DNA from: Vicinamibacteria bacterium
GTDB lineage: Bacteria; Acidobacteriota; Vicinamibacteria; Marinacidobacterales; Marinacidobacteraceae
Assembly (NCBI GenBank): GCA_963555995.3
Contig: OY821641.1
Span: 1,344,001 to 1,408,000, forward strand
DNA: 64,000 nucleotides
Direction: 5' to 3'
Below are positions 62,206 to 64,000 of this stretch, piece after piece (the first letter of the stretch is position 1; each line of letters opens with the position of its first letter). Both the position numbers and the translations under genes were made by a program. Under the pieces are notes generated by a model that saw only the letters and a list, made by a program, of their open reading frames with translations, was not told where the DNA came from and made no database searches.

Positions 62206-62589
62206 GTGTCAGCGAGAGATCAAGTACGTCACATCCAGTGGGAAGCCATGGAGAAGGAGCGCCTGAGCGACCAGCTCAGCCGCCGGATCATCACCGCGGA
62301 TCGGGCCATGCTCACCCACGTCTATCTCGACAAGGGCGCCGTGGTTCCGATGCACTCGCACGAAAACGAACAGATCACCTACGTGATCAACGGAGTGCTC
62401 CGCTTCTGGATCGAAGACGAGGATTCGGAGCCGATCGACGTGAAGGCCGGAGAGGTGCTGGTCCTTCCCTCCTGGGTGCCGCACAAGGCGATCGCGCTGG
62501 AAGACACCCTTGACGTGGACATCTTCACGCCGCCGCGGCAGGACTGGTTGGACGGAACCGACGATTACCTTCGCGGCGGAGGCGATTGA
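62206..62589 (+). CDS. Cupin domain protein
   Basis: PMHSHENEQ and PSWVPH cupin metal motifs, DIFTPPRQDW; GGGGAGG RBS. Confidence 0.88.
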   Translation: MSARDQVRHIQWEAMEKERLSDQLSRRIITADRAMLTHVYLDKGAVVPMHSHENEQITYVINGVLRFWIEDEDSEPIDVKAGEVLVLPSWVPHKAIALEDTLDVDIFTPPRQDWLDGTDDYLRGGGD

Positions 62590-62615
62590 CCGATTCCAGA
62601 GAGCGAGTCTGAAAA

Positions 62616-64000
62616 GTGCGACGCTCCGACTACGCCCCGGTGATCCGGCGCTATTTCGTGGCCGGCGCGGCCACGAGCGCCCTGGGCGTGGTGATCCTGC
62701 ACGCGCTGGCCGCGGTTTCGTTCGGGGCCATTCCGGGGTGGCTGCTGGCGTCGGTCACGGGAGTCCTCGCGGGCGTGGCTTCGCTCGTGGTCTTCGTCGG
62801 GTTGAGCCGGGTTGCCGAGCGCCTCGTCGAGTGGCTCTCCACGGACGCCTTCCTGCTGCTGGCGGCGGCGGGAGCGAGCCTCTGGCTGCTGCGGAGCACC
62901 ATCTTCCGCTGGCCGGAGGCGCTCCTTCCGGGACTGCTGGTGGTGGTCTTCCTCGGACCGTTCCTCGTCGGTTCCGGTCTCGCCATGATGTTTCGCCCGC
63001 ACGACCCGGCCTACCGCCGGGGCGGGGTGCTGCTCACCCTGGCGGGGGCCGGGTGCATCGCCTACGGGGTGACCTGGTTCTTCGCTCCTGGACAGGACCC
63101 CTACGTCCGGCCGGCGCAGGCCCAGCCCAATCCGCCGCCCGCGCTCGCGGAAGACCCGGCGGCGCGCGGCCCCCATCCGGTGCGCCTCCTGACCTACGGC
63201 AGCGGACGGGACCCGCACCGGCCGGAGTACGGGGACGTGGTGACCATCCGCTCGCCCTCCGTGGACCTCAGCCGCGTGCTCCCGGAGTGGCGCGGTTTCC
63301 GCGCGACGCACCGGGAGTGGTGGTGGGGATTCGGCCTGGAGGACGCTCCCCGGAACGGCCGGCTGCACCTGCCCGATACGGAGCGGGGCGACCGGCGTCC
63401 GGTAGCGCTGATCGTCCACGGCAACCACCGGATGGAAGACTTCTCCGACGCCGGCTACGACTACCTCGCGGACCTGCTGGCAAGCCACGGGATCGCGGCC
63501 GCGTCCGTGGACGCCAACTTCCTCAACGGGACCTGGTCGGGTGATTTCGGCGGGCGCGAGATGCCGGCGCGCGCGATCCTGCTGCTGGAGCACCTCCGGC
63601 TGTTGCGGACCTGGAACCGGGACCCGCGCTCACCGATCTACAACCGCCTCGACCTCGACCGGGTAGCCCTGCTCGGGCACTCGCGCGGCGGAGAGGCGGC
63701 GGCGATCGCCGCGGCCTTCAACGACCTGCCCTCGTTCCCGGATGACGCGGACTATCGGTTCGACTACGGCTTCGGAATCGAATCCGTCGTGGCGATCGCC
63801 CAGATTGACCGCCGCTATTCGCGGCGCATCGAGCTGCGCGACGTCAACTTCCTGGCTATCCAGGGCTCCTACGACACCGACGAGCCCAGTTTCCACGGCC
63901 TCCGCCAGTTCCACCGGACCCGCCTCGACGGCGCCGCCGAGCGCCCCGCGGGGGCTCTCGGCTTCCGTCTGAAGGCGGGGGTCGTCGCGCATCGCGGCAA
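62616..64000 (+). CDS. Membrane-anchored alpha/beta hydrolase (partial, runs off the window)
   Basis: Frame from GTG 62616 gives N-terminal TM helices, then LIVHGNH, GYDYLADLLASHG and GHSRGGEA (GxSxG). Absent from the ORF track because it has no stop in the window. Confidence 0.8.
   Translation, partial: MRRSDYAPVIRRYFVAGAATSALGVVILHALAAVSFGAIPGWLLASVTGVLAGVASLVVFVGLSRVAERLVEWLSTDAFLLLAAAGASLWLLRSTIFRWPEALLPGLLVVVFLGPFLVGSGLAMMFRPHDPAYRRGGVLLTLAGAGCIAYGVTWFFAPGQDPYVRPAQAQPNPPPALAEDPAARGPHPVRLLTYGSGRDPHRPEYGDVVTIRSPSVDLSRVLPEWRGFRATHREWWWGFGLEDAPRNGRLHLPDTERGDRRPVALIVHGNHRMEDFSDAGYDYLADLLASHGIAAASVDANFLNGTWSGDFGGREMPARAILLLEHLRLLRTWNRDPRSPIYNRLDLDRVALLGHSRGGEAAAIAAAFNDLPSFPDDADYRFDYGFGIESVVAIAQIDRRYSRRIELRDVNFLAIQGSYDTDEPSFHGLRQFHRTRLDGAAERPAGALGFRLKAGVVAHRG

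Overview
High-GC bacterial chromosomal window. The rplM-rpsI-rpsB-tsf-pyrH-frr order, the short EF-Ts and the many secreted peptidases and hydrolases suggest an Acidobacteriota-like organism, and the swf-type PKS suggests a marine-sponge symbiont; both are inferences. It holds about 38 genes. Highlights: (1) A mono-modular reducing type I PKS/FAS, a B12-binding radical SAM enzyme and a thioester-reductase/sulfotransferase fusion (swf-type locus, 10450-22096) face a convergent cysD-cysNC PAPS-supply pair, a plausible route to methyl-branched alkyl sulfates. (2) A hidden 5' remnant of an RND permease gene is cut off at the 3' end of that cluster and marks a likely insertion or rearrangement junction. 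(3) An unusual single ORF fuses an AlkB-type membrane diiron hydroxylase to a catalytically degenerate GlnE-type nucleotidyltransferase domain (33479-35989). (4) A dispersed REP-like palindrome family builds MITE-like ~160-bp elements with compensatory base changes. (5) An ABC transporter operon embeds a divergent MmgE/PrpD-like gene. (6) Frameshifts in the essential frr and in a DUF1080 gene are probably sequencing errors. No rRNA, tRNA, CRISPR array or transposase was recognised. All calls are from motif recognition by eye; no database search was run.
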